Positions 15,715 to 25,810 of a stretch of 43,129 bases of DNA are shown here, piece after piece. The position numbers were made by a program, and so were the translations under genes. The stretch spans positions 1-43,129 of the forward strand of contig JAOZVK010000002.1 of the NCBI GenBank assembly GCA_029938185.1, read 5' to 3'. Numbering within the stretch: the stretch's first letter is position 1; each line of letters begins with the position of its first letter. The notes beneath the pieces were generated by a model. It had not been told where the DNA came from. It did no database searches and was given only the letters and a program-made list of their open reading frames with translations. Origin of the DNA: Bacteroidales bacterium (lineage in GTDB: Bacteria; Bacteroidota; Bacteroidia; Bacteroidales; JAOZVK01).

Positions 15715-18543
15715 ATGATTACCGAAAAAATAAATAAACTCACAAACACCTGTGATTCAATAATAAATACTATCCCAAAAACTACAGACTGGGTTGGAAA
15801 ATACAAAATTGTGCCTCAAGAAAATAAAAAAGCTCTTAATTATCAACTTAATAAATACAGAAGAGATACTCAAAGATATAAAGATGCACTAACTAAAAGA
15901 CCATCAATAGCTATTTTTGGACAAAGTCAGGTTGGTAAATCATATTTGGTATCAAATCTTGCAAAAAGAAACGAAGACTTCTCTCTTATGGTAGAAGTTC
16001 CCGGAGAAAACAAAAAAATTGATTTCATTGAAGAAATGAATCCTCCTGGAGGAGGGAAAGAAGCTACTGGTTTGGTTTCGCGTTTTACTGTACAAGATAA
16101 TTATTCGAGTGGACAAAAACCATATTTGTTGAAACTGTTTTCGCAATGCGATATTGTGAAAATTATTACTAATGGTTATTTATCAGATATTAAGCCATAT
16201 GTGTATGAGGTGAATAAAGTAGAAGTTCAAAATATTATAAATTTAGTTAAAGCAAAAAAAAGCAGTTCCATACAAGCAGGTTTTACTGAGGATGATGTTT
16301 TTGAACTAAAAGAATATTTAAATCATAATTTTAGAAGTCATAGCATAATTAAAGACTTCAATAATTTAAATTTTTGGGATGATATTGCTGATATTATTCC
16401 TTATTTATCATATAATATAAGATACGAAATATTAGAATTGCTTTGGGGTAAACAAGATTTTTTTACCGAACTGTTTAAAAATTGCTCATCGGGACTCAAA
16501 GAAATTGATTTTGCAAAAGAAGTAAGATGTGGCTTACAAGCATTATCTCCAAATACAGATACACTGCTTGATGTGCAGCGTCTTAGAGAGATGTTCGGAG
16601 ACGGTACTGTCAAACAAGATGTTGATTTATACAGAGACACAACAAAAATTGCCAGATTACCACGAAGTGTAGTAAGTGCAATTACCGCTGAGGTAATCTT
16701 ACCATTACCTAAAGACATTGTAAACACAGCTGAAAGAGCATTTCTAAAAGATGCTGATATTTTGGATTTTCCTGGTGCACGTTCTCGTAACATGATACCC
16801 GAGCAAACTTTTATTGAAAATGATAATGTTGATAAATTAGAAATTTTTTTAAGAGGTAAAGTAGCATTTTTATTTGATAGATATAATTATAACTTTGAAA
16901 TAAGTACCTTAATGTTTTGTATGCATAATGACCAACCAGAAGTGCAGGATATTCCTCGATTATTGTATGAATGGATTAGCACAAATCATGGGGCTTCGCC
17001 TCAAGAAAGAGAAACCAGAGAAAATTTACTATCACAAATAGTACCTAATTCTGGAATTAAAAGAATAATACCACTTCTTGTTGTTCAAACAAAATTTAAT
17101 ATTGACTTAAAGGGAAATCCGGCTACTGAAACTATTGGTAAATCAGCATCTCATGATTGGAAGTGGAATGCAAGATTAGATGCAAACTTTCATAAGTTTA
17201 TGATAAAACCTGTTGTTGATAAATGGCCAGAATCTTGGAATATTAGCGATGGTAGTTTTAAAAATATTTTTTTATTACGTGACCCAAAATGGTCAACAGA
17301 TGTGTTTGAAGGATATGATAGTACTAATAAAAATGAAACAGGTCTAAAAAGTCCTTACGACAAAAAATTGGAAGATATGAAAACATCATTCCTATCTCAC
17401 AAATATACAAACTTACATTTCAGATCGCCTATGGATGCATGGGTAGAATCATGTACGCCAAATAAAAGTGGTATTGACTATATTGTAAAATATCTATCTC
17501 CTACTTGTAATCCAATAATTCGATTAGAACGGCTAAAAACTCTAATTCACGAACAAAAAACAAATGTTTTACAAGCTTTTGAAAACTATGTTGATTCTGG
17601 TGATCTTGCCTCAAAACTAAAAAAAGCTAAAGTAAATGGAGCAAAAGTATTTATGTCAATGATGAAATGGGTAAAAAAGACAAATGGATTTGGTGCATTT
17701 CTTGACGAATTGACTATTAATGAAGACGAAGCATGGAAAGTTTATTGGAATCTTAAAAGCTCGCCTCCTAAAACTGAAAACAATGGACAAGATGCTAATA
17801 ATGAGCAAAGTGTTGCAACATTCAAACAATATCTTGAAGAAGCAGGAATACCTTTTGATATTTCAAAAGATATTCGCTGGCATATTGAGCAATTAAAAGA
17901 ATTTTTTGGTTTTGATGATGATGAGAGTATTTATGAAGTATTAAAAGAAGCTGATATTGACTTAGAAAAAATACTTAAAGGTGGTGAAAGTGTGGATTAT
18001 ATTAAATCAGAAGCAGAAATTTATTCTGAAATGCTAATCGAAAATTGGTTCTCTAAAGTTATTAATCTTAAAAACAATACTAATTTATTAAACAAAGGCT
18101 TATCAAAAAACATTATTTCTTTGGTTTGTAATACTCTGGATAAAAGTAAAGAACGAATAGGTTTAAAACGCTTATTAACAGATAGGATTCATGACGAAGT
18201 AGAATATTTTTCAGTCAGTAAAAATTATAATATTGTGGCTCATATTTCAGCTACAACTATCAATGATTATATAAACTCAATAGGTTGGAAGTTTGTAGAT
18301 GAAACAATTACAGAATATCCAAAAGTTAAAAACGTACCAGTTTATTCAAAACAAGGAGTATTAACACCTAAAAAAGAAGATTTAAGAATGGATATTGATT
18401 ATCCAGGTATGTTATTGTTCAATGAATGGAATGCAGGAATAAGAAATTCATTTACAGCTAATGTTTTATTTGAAGAAAAAGCCGGAAACACCGAAGATGC
18501 TCTTGTAAAACAAAAACTAAATGATATTCTTAAAAAAATGTAG
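15715..18543 (+). CDS. SrfC-like large P-loop NTPase (probable GTPase)
   Basis: 942 aa. Walker A IAIFGQSQVGKSYLVSNL (~15915-15941). Walker B / G3-like DADILDFPGARS. LLVVQTKFN is a possible degenerate G4. Size, the N-terminal P-loop and adjacency to a SrfB-like gene fit my recollection of the SrfC family. Confidence 0.65.
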   Translation: MITEKINKLTNTCDSIINTIPKTTDWVGKYKIVPQENKKALNYQLNKYRRDTQRYKDALTKRPSIAIFGQSQVGKSYLVSNLAKRNEDFSLMVEVPGENKKIDFIEEMNPPGGGKEATGLVSRFTVQDNYSSGQKPYLLKLFSQCDIVKIITNGYLSDIKPYVYEVNKVEVQNIINLVKAKKSSSIQAGFTEDDVFELKEYLNHNFRSHSIIKDFNNLNFWDDIADIIPYLSYNIRYEILELLWGKQDFFTELFKNCSSGLKEIDFAKEVRCGLQALSPNTDTLLDVQRLREMFGDGTVKQDVDLYRDTTKIARLPRSVVSAITAEVILPLPKDIVNTAERAFLKDADILDFPGARSRNMIPEQTFIENDNVDKLEIFLRGKVAFLFDRYNYNFEISTLMFCMHNDQPEVQDIPRLLYEWISTNHGASPQERETRENLLSQIVPNSGIKRIIPLLVVQTKFNIDLKGNPATETIGKSASHDWKWNARLDANFHKFMIKPVVDKWPESWNISDGSFKNIFLLRDPKWSTDVFEGYDSTNKNETGLKSPYDKKLEDMKTSFLSHKYTNLHFRSPMDAWVESCTPNKSGIDYIVKYLSPTCNPIIRLERLKTLIHEQKTNVLQAFENYVDSGDLASKLKKAKVNGAKVFMSMMKWVKKTNGFGAFLDELTINEDEAWKVYWNLKSSPPKTENNGQDANNEQSVATFKQYLEEAGIPFDISKDIRWHIEQLKEFFGFDDDESIYEVLKEADIDLEKILKGGESVDYIKSEAEIYSEMLIENWFSKVINLKNNTNLLNKGLSKNIISLVCNTLDKSKERIGLKRLLTDRIHDEVEYFSVSKNYNIVAHISATTINDYINSIGWKFVDETITEYPKVKNVPVYSKQGVLTPKKEDLRMDIDYPGMLLFNEWNAGIRNSFTANVLFEEKAGNTEDALVKQKLNDILKKM

Positions 18544-18614
18544 ACATAAAATACTATTTACTTTCTCATAAATAAGTTCTCTAATAAAAATCTATATTAA
18601 AAACTAATCATAAA

Positions 18615-21164
18615 ATGGCAATTTCAACAATTTATACAACTATTTTATCTGAACTTCGACCAGTAATTTGGCATGGAAAGGCAGTATATAAACACTCAAC
18701 ACAATTAAAGTCATTTATTAGTAAAAATCTTGGTAATGAATACGGACACTTATTTGCCGAACCTTATATTTCCGATGATGCAGTAAATGGTACAGCTACT
18801 GCATATTGGGCATCGGAATACATTAGTTCAAAAGCAAAACCAATTACAGAACTTAGTAGTGAAGAGCAAAAAGTAATACAAGCAAAACTGTCATCTTATT
18901 TAAATAAAATAGAAAAACTATCAAACAAACTGTTGCAATCGGGTGATTTAAACAAAATTAAATGGGGTGAAATTATACAAGTTGTAATAGAAGTTCCTTC
19001 TTTTGAACATGTTTTTGTTGAAAATGGTAAAATTGTTTTAGTATGTTGGGGGTTTTCATCAGATAAAACTGAGTCAAACATGTTTCAATTAAAAAAAACA
19101 ATAACTGAAACTATTCCTGTTACCGATAAACCGGAAATCGAAAGCAATCAAATTGATAATAATGATTCAGACGATGAGGAAAAAGACAAAAATGATATAA
19201 CTGTTAATATTGAGAAAGATGATGACAAAGTTGACGAAAAAGACGAAGATAAAACTGAAAAAAAAGTTGAAAACAAAGAAGAAGACAAAGTTGAAGACAA
19301 AGTTGACGAAAAAAATAATGGTAATGGAAAAACTAATATTTTAAAAAAGTATTGGTGGTTGTGGACAATTATTGTAGTTATTGCAATATTCATTGTTTGT
19401 ATTTTGTTTTGCGTAGGAAGTAAACAAACTCATTTGCCAAAAAATGAAGGTGTAATTCCTCCAATCGACAGCTCAAAAATTGTTGTCAGTCCAGAAGGAC
19501 GAAAAGTCATTTCGAACCAACTAAATATTTGGTTATCTAATGATAGCTTATCAATTGATGATTTTGCTAAAGATTTTAAGAAAAAATATTCAAACAAAGA
19601 ATACAAAATTATTTATTATAATAAAAAACTCAAAAGAGTAAGAATAGAGTTTCCTGACAAAGATAAGAAAAAACTAACAGAGGCATTAGAAAAGCAATTT
19701 TCTAAATACAGAATAATTATTTTTGAAGAATCAATCTTAAATAATAATAGTGTTCCGAGCGACCCAGGATTTTCTGATAATAAGAAGAGTTGGGCATACG
19801 AAATGATAAAAGCATATGAAGCATGGGATATAAATAAAGGAAATCCAAGTATTATTGTTGCAATAATTGACGATGGTTTTGACTTAACTCATCCAGAACT
19901 TACAGGACGAATAGTAAAACCATACAATGTTCCTCTTAATAACTCAAGTCCAAATACAGGTATAGTTCGTATGACACATGGTACACATGTTTCGGGTACA
20001 GCAATTGGTAATATTTCTAATTCTCATGGTGTTGCAGGTATTGCTCCTAATTGTAGATATATGCCAGTTCAGGTTGGCGACCCAAATGGGAATATGAGTA
20101 CAACTGCAATTATTGATGCTGTATTATACTGTATTGCAAATAAGGCAAATGTTATAAATATGTCACTTGGTATGCCGGCTCCTAATGGTTTTTCAAAAAT
20201 GAAACAATCAACCCAAAAAGACTTTATCGAACACACGTATAAGGAAGAAGAAAAAATGTGGAACAAATTATTTGCAATTGCTGATAAAAATAATGTAACC
20301 ATTGTATTGGCTGGTGGAAACGATGATGTTTTAATTGGAATTGGACCTATGGGCAGAACACCTTATACAATAAATGTATCTGCCATTAATCCAGATATTA
20401 AAAAAGCTAATTTTAGTAATTATGGCGATTATTCCACAGTTAGTGCTCCAGGTGTAAAAATATACAGTTCAATTCCTTCAAATAAATATGATTTTTATGA
20501 TGGTACAAGTATGGCTGCACCAATAGTAACCGGTGCGGTAGCTTTACTTAAATCAGAAAACCCTGCATTAACCACTAATGAGATTAAAAAAATATTAAAA
20601 ATAACTGGTGTTAAAGTCAATGAACCAGATAAATATGTAGGTGAACTAATACAACTACATAAAGCTTTGATGTATGCAAAAGGAGAGTTACCAAACATAG
20701 TTGACTGTCCTAATATTCAGAAAAAAATTGATAGCTTACAAAGACAAATAGACGAACTAAAAGGTTTGTGTGATTCAACCAGTAATAAAAATGAAGAATT
20801 AGTGATACCTGATGCACCTAAAGACTTTAAATTTGCTGAAGGAAAATGGAAAAGTAGTAGTGATTTGATAAGTATTAGAACAAACAAACCAATTGAATTG
20901 TATTTTGATTTTTACAATAATGGAACAGGTAAATTAACACTACAAGAGTCTAATGGAAACTTATGCTATGCTGGTCTTGATTTAAGTGTAGATAAAAAAT
21001 TGTTAAGTATTATTCAAAAAGAAAATGCAAAATGTGTTAATGGTAAAGCTTACGATATTTATAAGTTTAAATGTGTTTCTACTGGACGTTCAGCTGCAAA
21101 ATGCAAAGCTAAGACAAAATCAGGTAGTACAATTGTTGAATTTACATTGAAAAGAGTTTATTGA
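18615..21164 (+). CDS. N-module, acidic linker, TM, subtilisin-like (S8) serine peptidase and a C-terminal Cys-containing module
   Basis: N-module motifs LFAEPYISDD..AYWASEY and IVLVCWGFSSD. TM segment YWWLWTIIVVIAIFIVCILFCVG is preceded by KK. S8 triad contexts are AIIDDGFDLTHPEL (Asp), HGTHVSGTA (His) and GTSMAAPIVTGAVALL (Ser). The C-terminal ~118 aa (20808-21161) is homologous to the C-terminus of the 29433 protein. Confidence 0.85.
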   Translation: MAISTIYTTILSELRPVIWHGKAVYKHSTQLKSFISKNLGNEYGHLFAEPYISDDAVNGTATAYWASEYISSKAKPITELSSEEQKVIQAKLSSYLNKIEKLSNKLLQSGDLNKIKWGEIIQVVIEVPSFEHVFVENGKIVLVCWGFSSDKTESNMFQLKKTITETIPVTDKPEIESNQIDNNDSDDEEKDKNDITVNIEKDDDKVDEKDEDKTEKKVENKEEDKVEDKVDEKNNGNGKTNILKKYWWLWTIIVVIAIFIVCILFCVGSKQTHLPKNEGVIPPIDSSKIVVSPEGRKVISNQLNIWLSNDSLSIDDFAKDFKKKYSNKEYKIIYYNKKLKRVRIEFPDKDKKKLTEALEKQFSKYRIIIFEESILNNNSVPSDPGFSDNKKSWAYEMIKAYEAWDINKGNPSIIVAIIDDGFDLTHPELTGRIVKPYNVPLNNSSPNTGIVRMTHGTHVSGTAIGNISNSHGVAGIAPNCRYMPVQVGDPNGNMSTTAIIDAVLYCIANKANVINMSLGMPAPNGFSKMKQSTQKDFIEHTYKEEEKMWNKLFAIADKNNVTIVLAGGNDDVLIGIGPMGRTPYTINVSAINPDIKKANFSNYGDYSTVSAPGVKIYSSIPSNKYDFYDGTSMAAPIVTGAVALLKSENPALTTNEIKKILKITGVKVNEPDKYVGELIQLHKALMYAKGELPNIVDCPNIQKKIDSLQRQIDELKGLCDSTSNKNEELVIPDAPKDFKFAEGKWKSSSDLISIRTNKPIELYFDFYNNGTGKLTLQESNGNLCYAGLDLSVDKKLLSIIQKENAKCVNGKAYDIYKFKCVSTGRSAAKCKAKTKSGSTIVEFTLKRVY

Positions 21165-23002
21165 TGAAAAATTTTGTAAAAGAAACAACAACACGAAACC
21201 TTAGACCTTTTAAAACTAATAATATACAGATAATGTATAGGTATAGTATATTTAAAAGTTTATTTAAAAAAAACAAAGCATATACTATTTTTGCTGAACC
21301 TGATTTTTCTTTTATTAATAAAAAAATAATTAAATGGTACAGTGAATTTAATTCAGAATCGGTTTCATATAATGATGTGAACGATGATGAAAAACTACGT
21401 ATTAATAAATTACTAAAAAACCAAGTTAAGTTGCTATATAACTATGCTTTATATATTCATGAAAATAGCACCGATAATGATAAGATATTTGAAACTCTTG
21501 ATAAAGCAATTGAAGTACCCGACTTATCTGATATTAATATATTAAAAGACAATAACAGAATTAAGATTGTATTGACAAGATGGGGAGCTATAAGTGATGA
21601 ATATAATGCTAAAAAAGGAATAATAAAAAATTTAGTACCTGTAAAAATTAAAGATATTACTTTTAATTTGAAATATAATGACGGTACTCCAGCATTAGAT
21701 AAAGAACTTTTTTTTAGATTGAATGAGCTTGTAACAAATTATAAGACAGATAACAATGGTAAAATTGTTTTATTTGATATACCATTTTGGCAAATTATAG
21801 AAGTTTGGCATAATAATGAAAATTTTGAAAAAGTTTTTAAAAACAAATATAAATGTAGTAGTAAAGATCAGTACACAATTATTATTCCTAAGGAAAAAAT
21901 ATTTTTTGATATGCGATTTATTATCCATAACGAAAGTAGTATTCCTGAAAAAAACAGAGAATTTAGTATTACAATAGACAATTCATCAAATAAATACAAG
22001 ACAAATAGCAATGGTGAATTTATTTTAAATAAAATTGAGGAAAAAAAGAAAGTATATTGTTCTGTAGATGATAATGGTAATATTCAAAAATTTGGTTTTC
22101 TTAATGATGGAAGGAGCTATTATATATTAAAACTAAAAACTAAAAAAGTTAAAGTAGAACCTATTAGTAAAGAAAAGCCCATTGAAGAGAAAGTAAAAAA
22201 AGAAGAAAAACCTATAAAAGAAACAGTTACTATTGTAACTCAACCAACTTATTCAACTGATACTGATAGGAAATTAAGAGTTATATATAATAACAATTCA
22301 GTTGTTAAAGGTGCTAAAGTTTTTTTTAGTAATTCATCTGATTATTTAAAAACGGATATTAATGGTGAACTACAGTTTCAATCTAATGAAAATAGTCTTA
22401 TTAATATAAAAATAAAAAAGAACTATAGAGTAACAAAAATTGATTTATTTATTACGAATCAAAAAGAGTATGTTATAAAAATAAATTCAAAAAAAAGAAT
22501 ACTACTATACTTGATACTATCATTAATACCACTATTGGCAATATTGTTTTATTTTATTTTATTTTCAAATGCAAAAGTTGAAAAGTATACTCATAAAGTA
22601 TTTATATCCGGCTGTATTGTTAGTGATAATTATGTAAGAGAAATATTTAGTGAAATCTTTGTTGATGATGAGTATAGTATAACAGTTAAAAAAGGAGTGT
22701 ATAATATTAATGATATTTTACCTGAAATTAAAAAAATCACTCTTGATGGTTTAGTAATTGGTATTAAAACAAGATTGATTTTATATTCAGATAAAAATGG
22801 ACATGGAAATATTTTAGTTGATACAGTTGGACCTTTAATTATCAATTGTAAAAGATGGAGGTATAATAAATTTTTTAATATCTCAAATTCAAAAAAATAT
22901 AAAAAAGAATTACAAAATATATTTCCATTGAAAAAAAGAATGTGGAGTACTGATACTTTAATGAAATATAATAATGGGTCGATAAAAGTTTTATATGAAT
23001 AA
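21164..23002 (+). CDS. N-module, beta-sandwich repeats, TM and a C-terminal domain shared with the 30384 protein (beta/gamma-crystallin-like motif)
   Basis: N-module motifs IFAEPDFSFINKKIIKWYSEF and IVLTRWGAISDE. TM segment ILLYLILSLIPLLAILFYFILF. The C-terminus LDGLVIGIKTRLILYSDKNGHGNILVDTVGPLIIN..NNGSIKVLYE aligns with the 30384 C-terminus. The ATG at 21164 overlaps the upstream TGA (tgatg); the track start at 21161 is a TTG. Confidence 0.75.
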   Translation: MKNFVKETTTRNLRPFKTNNIQIMYRYSIFKSLFKKNKAYTIFAEPDFSFINKKIIKWYSEFNSESVSYNDVNDDEKLRINKLLKNQVKLLYNYALYIHENSTDNDKIFETLDKAIEVPDLSDINILKDNNRIKIVLTRWGAISDEYNAKKGIIKNLVPVKIKDITFNLKYNDGTPALDKELFFRLNELVTNYKTDNNGKIVLFDIPFWQIIEVWHNNENFEKVFKNKYKCSSKDQYTIIIPKEKIFFDMRFIIHNESSIPEKNREFSITIDNSSNKYKTNSNGEFILNKIEEKKKVYCSVDDNGNIQKFGFLNDGRSYYILKLKTKKVKVEPISKEKPIEEKVKKEEKPIKETVTIVTQPTYSTDTDRKLRVIYNNNSVVKGAKVFFSNSSDYLKTDINGELQFQSNENSLINIKIKKNYRVTKIDLFITNQKEYVIKINSKKRILLYLILSLIPLLAILFYFILFSNAKVEKYTHKVFISGCIVSDNYVREIFSEIFVDDEYSITVKKGVYNINDILPEIKKITLDGLVIGIKTRLILYSDKNGHGNILVDTVGPLIINCKRWRYNKFFNISNSKKYKKELQNIFPLKKRMWSTDTLMKYNNGSIKVLYE

Positions 23003-23017
23003 ATTTTATTTACCAAA

Positions 23018-23119
23018 TAAGGTCTTCGACCTATTTAATGTGGCTTACGCATTTTTATAAATTGCTATTATGTAGCCAATTGTACAAAAACAAATGCCGA
23101 AAAATTTTTGTTAGGGTAC
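23018..23119 (-). repeat. R1 intergenic repeat element, full copy, reverse orientation
   Basis: The sequence taaggtcttcgacctatttaatgtggcttacgcattttt...caaatgccgaaaaatttttgttagggtac begins 15 nt after the stop at 23002. Confidence 0.85.
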
Positions 23120-23180
23120 TTATAGCGTCTTTAAGGACTCAATAAATCAATTTTTTGAAAATTTAAACTCAGAATATTAA

Positions 23181-23927
23181 ATGGAAAAAATATTAATAAG
23201 TGTTAAATTAGAAAATTTAGATAATAAACTAATAAAAATAAAAGTAAATCCAAACAAAAGAATTGATGAAGTTTTGGATTCAATAGTTGATAGCCCAAAG
23301 ATTGGACTGGCTAAACAAAACGAAGAAAATGTTCCTCTATATTATGGACTATGGTTTGGAAAAGAGAATGTTGCTATTGATGAGCAAAAATTTGAAGACG
23401 CAGGAATAGAGGAAGGTGATGTTTTAATTTTACGTGCAATCATAGGAGAAAACGAAGAAGATGAAAAAACTAAATTACCGTTTTTTAAGAAAATAAATAA
23501 AAAGCAAGCAGCAATTATTTCAGTTGTTTCGGTTTTGATTCTTACTATTTTAATACTTATTACAAATTGGAATAAGTTGTTTCCTGAAGTCAAAGAAGTC
23601 GTATATAATAAAAATGAGTTTGTTGCTCAATATATGGGGTATTTAGAAATAAATGGAACAAAAAAATTATTAAAACTTAATATTATTGAAGTTAGAGACG
23701 ACTGGGTAATTAAGTATGACTTGTATATTGATAAAAAACCGGAACTAAAAAACAAAAAAGCAAAAATAGAACCTTTAAATAATAAAATTATTTTCTTTGA
23801 AATGCCCGAAGACACTAAGGTTGAAAAACAAACAATAAGTAAATTAGACAATGCCAAATTTAGTAAGACAGATGTTGGCAAAATACAAATTTTATTAAAT
23901 AACAATTGTGAATTAATTCAATTATAA
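23181..23927 (+). CDS. Membrane protein with a possible YukD-like beta-grasp (Ubl-like) N-terminal domain, TM and C-terminal domain
   Basis: The N-terminus KILISVKLENLDNKLIKIKVNPNKRIDEVLDSIV...EQKFEDAGIEEGDVLILRAI has a beta-grasp-like ending (G-I-x-x-G-D-x-L-x-L). TM segment AAIISVVSVLILTILILITNW. The Ubl assignment is inference. Confidence 0.45.
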   Translation: MEKILISVKLENLDNKLIKIKVNPNKRIDEVLDSIVDSPKIGLAKQNEENVPLYYGLWFGKENVAIDEQKFEDAGIEEGDVLILRAIIGENEEDEKTKLPFFKKINKKQAAIISVVSVLILTILILITNWNKLFPEVKEVVYNKNEFVAQYMGYLEINGTKKLLKLNIIEVRDDWVIKYDLYIDKKPELKNKKAKIEPLNNKIIFFEMPEDTKVEKQTISKLDNAKFSKTDVGKIQILLNNNCELIQL

Positions 23928-23939
23928 AAATATTAAAAA

Positions 23940-24923
23940 ATGAAAAATAAACTTTTTTTATCTCTATTGATGACATTATTAGTATTTTCTGCATGCAAAG
24001 ACGAGAAATGTGCAGATATGAACCAAAAACTTGAATTGCAGCTTGAAGAATATGAAAAGAGAGAAAAATTTCTTAGCGAAGCAATGACTGACTATGACAA
24101 GAGTATTGATGAGTATAAATTGAAAAACGATACTCTGAAAATGTTTCAGGATTCTGTGAGGATTCTTACACAAAAAATGGACGAAAAAGGTTCTGCAAAT
24201 AGTGAAGAAACTAATGTATTAAAAAAATATATGACTAAGATTAGAACAATGTTATCCGAAAATAAGAAAATAGCTAAATATTTGAAAGAATATGTTGGTG
24301 ATAAAGACCTTGGTGCCAATCCAGCTTTAGCAGTAGAATTTTTAGCCAAAAACATTGAATCAAAAGAAGTTGAAATTAAAAGTATGCAAGATGAAATTGA
24401 ACGATTAAAAAATAGAATAAGTGGGCTTAACTATACAATTGTTACTATTAGTGCAGAAAAAGATGAGTTAACTGATGGGTTTGATTCTTTAAAAGTAGAA
24501 AATACTATTGTCAAAACTCAAGTCGCAAAATTATTAGCACGAAGTATTAAAACTCAGTTTTATGGTAAAAGTAATAAAAATATAACAAAAGCATTAATTC
24601 GTTTACATAAAAGAGCAAAATTTATTGAAATATGTTTTAATATAAACAAAAACGAATATGCAACTAAGGGTAATCATTCTTTTTATATATGTATTCAAAA
24701 AGGTAATAATATTCTTACAAATAACACATCGAATATTTTAAGAACACCTGATAATAAGGAATTTGGTTATACAATAAAACAAGATGTCAATTTTGATGGT
24801 AGTTTTACTAAAACATGTGCACGCTGGAATAAAGAAACCATAGAATTAACAAAAGGTAAGTACACAATTATTATATATAATAAAGATGGTGAAATTATAG
24901 GAAGAGATTATTTCAGTTTATAA
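23940..24923 (+). CDS. Lipoprotein with coiled-coil region and C-terminal beta-rich domain, function unknown
   Basis: SPII-type signal MKNKLFLSLLMTLLVFSAC (lipobox-like FSAC). Coiled-coil heptads follow (EIKSMQDEIERLKNRISGL..). Confidence 0.65.
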   Translation: MKNKLFLSLLMTLLVFSACKDEKCADMNQKLELQLEEYEKREKFLSEAMTDYDKSIDEYKLKNDTLKMFQDSVRILTQKMDEKGSANSEETNVLKKYMTKIRTMLSENKKIAKYLKEYVGDKDLGANPALAVEFLAKNIESKEVEIKSMQDEIERLKNRISGLNYTIVTISAEKDELTDGFDSLKVENTIVKTQVAKLLARSIKTQFYGKSNKNITKALIRLHKRAKFIEICFNINKNEYATKGNHSFYICIQKGNNILTNNTSNILRTPDNKEFGYTIKQDVNFDGSFTKTCARWNKETIELTKGKYTIIIYNKDGEIIGRDYFSL

Positions 24924-24944
24924 ATTAAAAAACCAAACTTGTAT

Positions 24945-25793
24945 ATGAATATTATTATTGATTTTCAAAACAAAAAAATTAATAGAGAAATAACTTTAGA
25001 TATTGATATTAATATTTTTATAAAGCAAATGTTATCTAAAACAGATATTGTTGATTACTCGGAATATGAGTTATTTTCTATTGAGAAAAATAGAGCAGTT
25101 ACAGGAACTTTTTCAGAAAATAATATAAAGCAGAATTGTGAATTTATTTTACAAATTAGAAATAAAAAAAAAATTGAAAAAGAATATTCTGAACTTACAG
25201 ATATTGATATTGACATTGAACTAATTGACAATAACGAAAATGAAAGAGGTCAATTATTTCAAACTGAAAATATTGATAATTCCAAATATAAAGAATACTT
25301 GCTTGATGAGATATACGATAGTACAATAGTTAAAAAATGTTATATTCATAATAATACATTTAATGAAATTAAAGAGTTTTGTATTGAATCAATCAAGAAA
25401 AAGATAAAAAAAGAATATGGAGCATTTTTGCTTGGCAAATTTTTCAAAAAAAGTGATAACGAATATATTATTTATATCGAAAAATTTGTAATTCCAACTT
25501 GCTATGCTTTTCATAACGAATATCGTATAGACTTTGGCAGCAAAGCAATGATTGAGCTTGATGCTGCTTTACAAAAAAACAAAAATATGTGCCTTATAGG
25601 TTGGTTTCATACACACCCAGGACACTCTGTTTTTTTATCAAACTACGATTTAAATGCTCACTATGGTTCATTCAACGAACCATACCAAACTGCAATTGTT
25701 ACTGATACTCTTACCGAAGAATTTGATACAGGTATTTTTACGCGAAAAATAAATATGGAAATGAATAATATTGAGGATGTAATTGTTAAATAA
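24945..25793 (+). CDS. Soluble JAB/MPN+ (JAMM) metallopeptidase, paralog of the 5041 JAB domain, with a possible beta-grasp-like N-terminal region
   Basis: JAMM motif IGWFHTHPGHSVFLSNYDLN (HxH at 25608-25616) with upstream Glu in KEYGAFLLGKFF. As in the 5041 protein, an acidic alternating motif (LTDIDIDIELID) and a KKCY(L/I)H block precede the JAB domain. The track start at 24939 is a TTG; the ATG at 24945 gives MNIIIDF. Confidence 0.85.
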   Translation: MNIIIDFQNKKINREITLDIDINIFIKQMLSKTDIVDYSEYELFSIEKNRAVTGTFSENNIKQNCEFILQIRNKKKIEKEYSELTDIDIDIELIDNNENERGQLFQTENIDNSKYKEYLLDEIYDSTIVKKCYIHNNTFNEIKEFCIESIKKKIKKEYGAFLLGKFFKKSDNEYIIYIEKFVIPTCYAFHNEYRIDFGSKAMIELDAALQKNKNMCLIGWFHTHPGHSVFLSNYDLNAHYGSFNEPYQTAIVTDTLTEEFDTGIFTRKINMEMNNIEDVIVK

Positions 25794-25810
25794 TTTTATT
25801 AAGATATATT

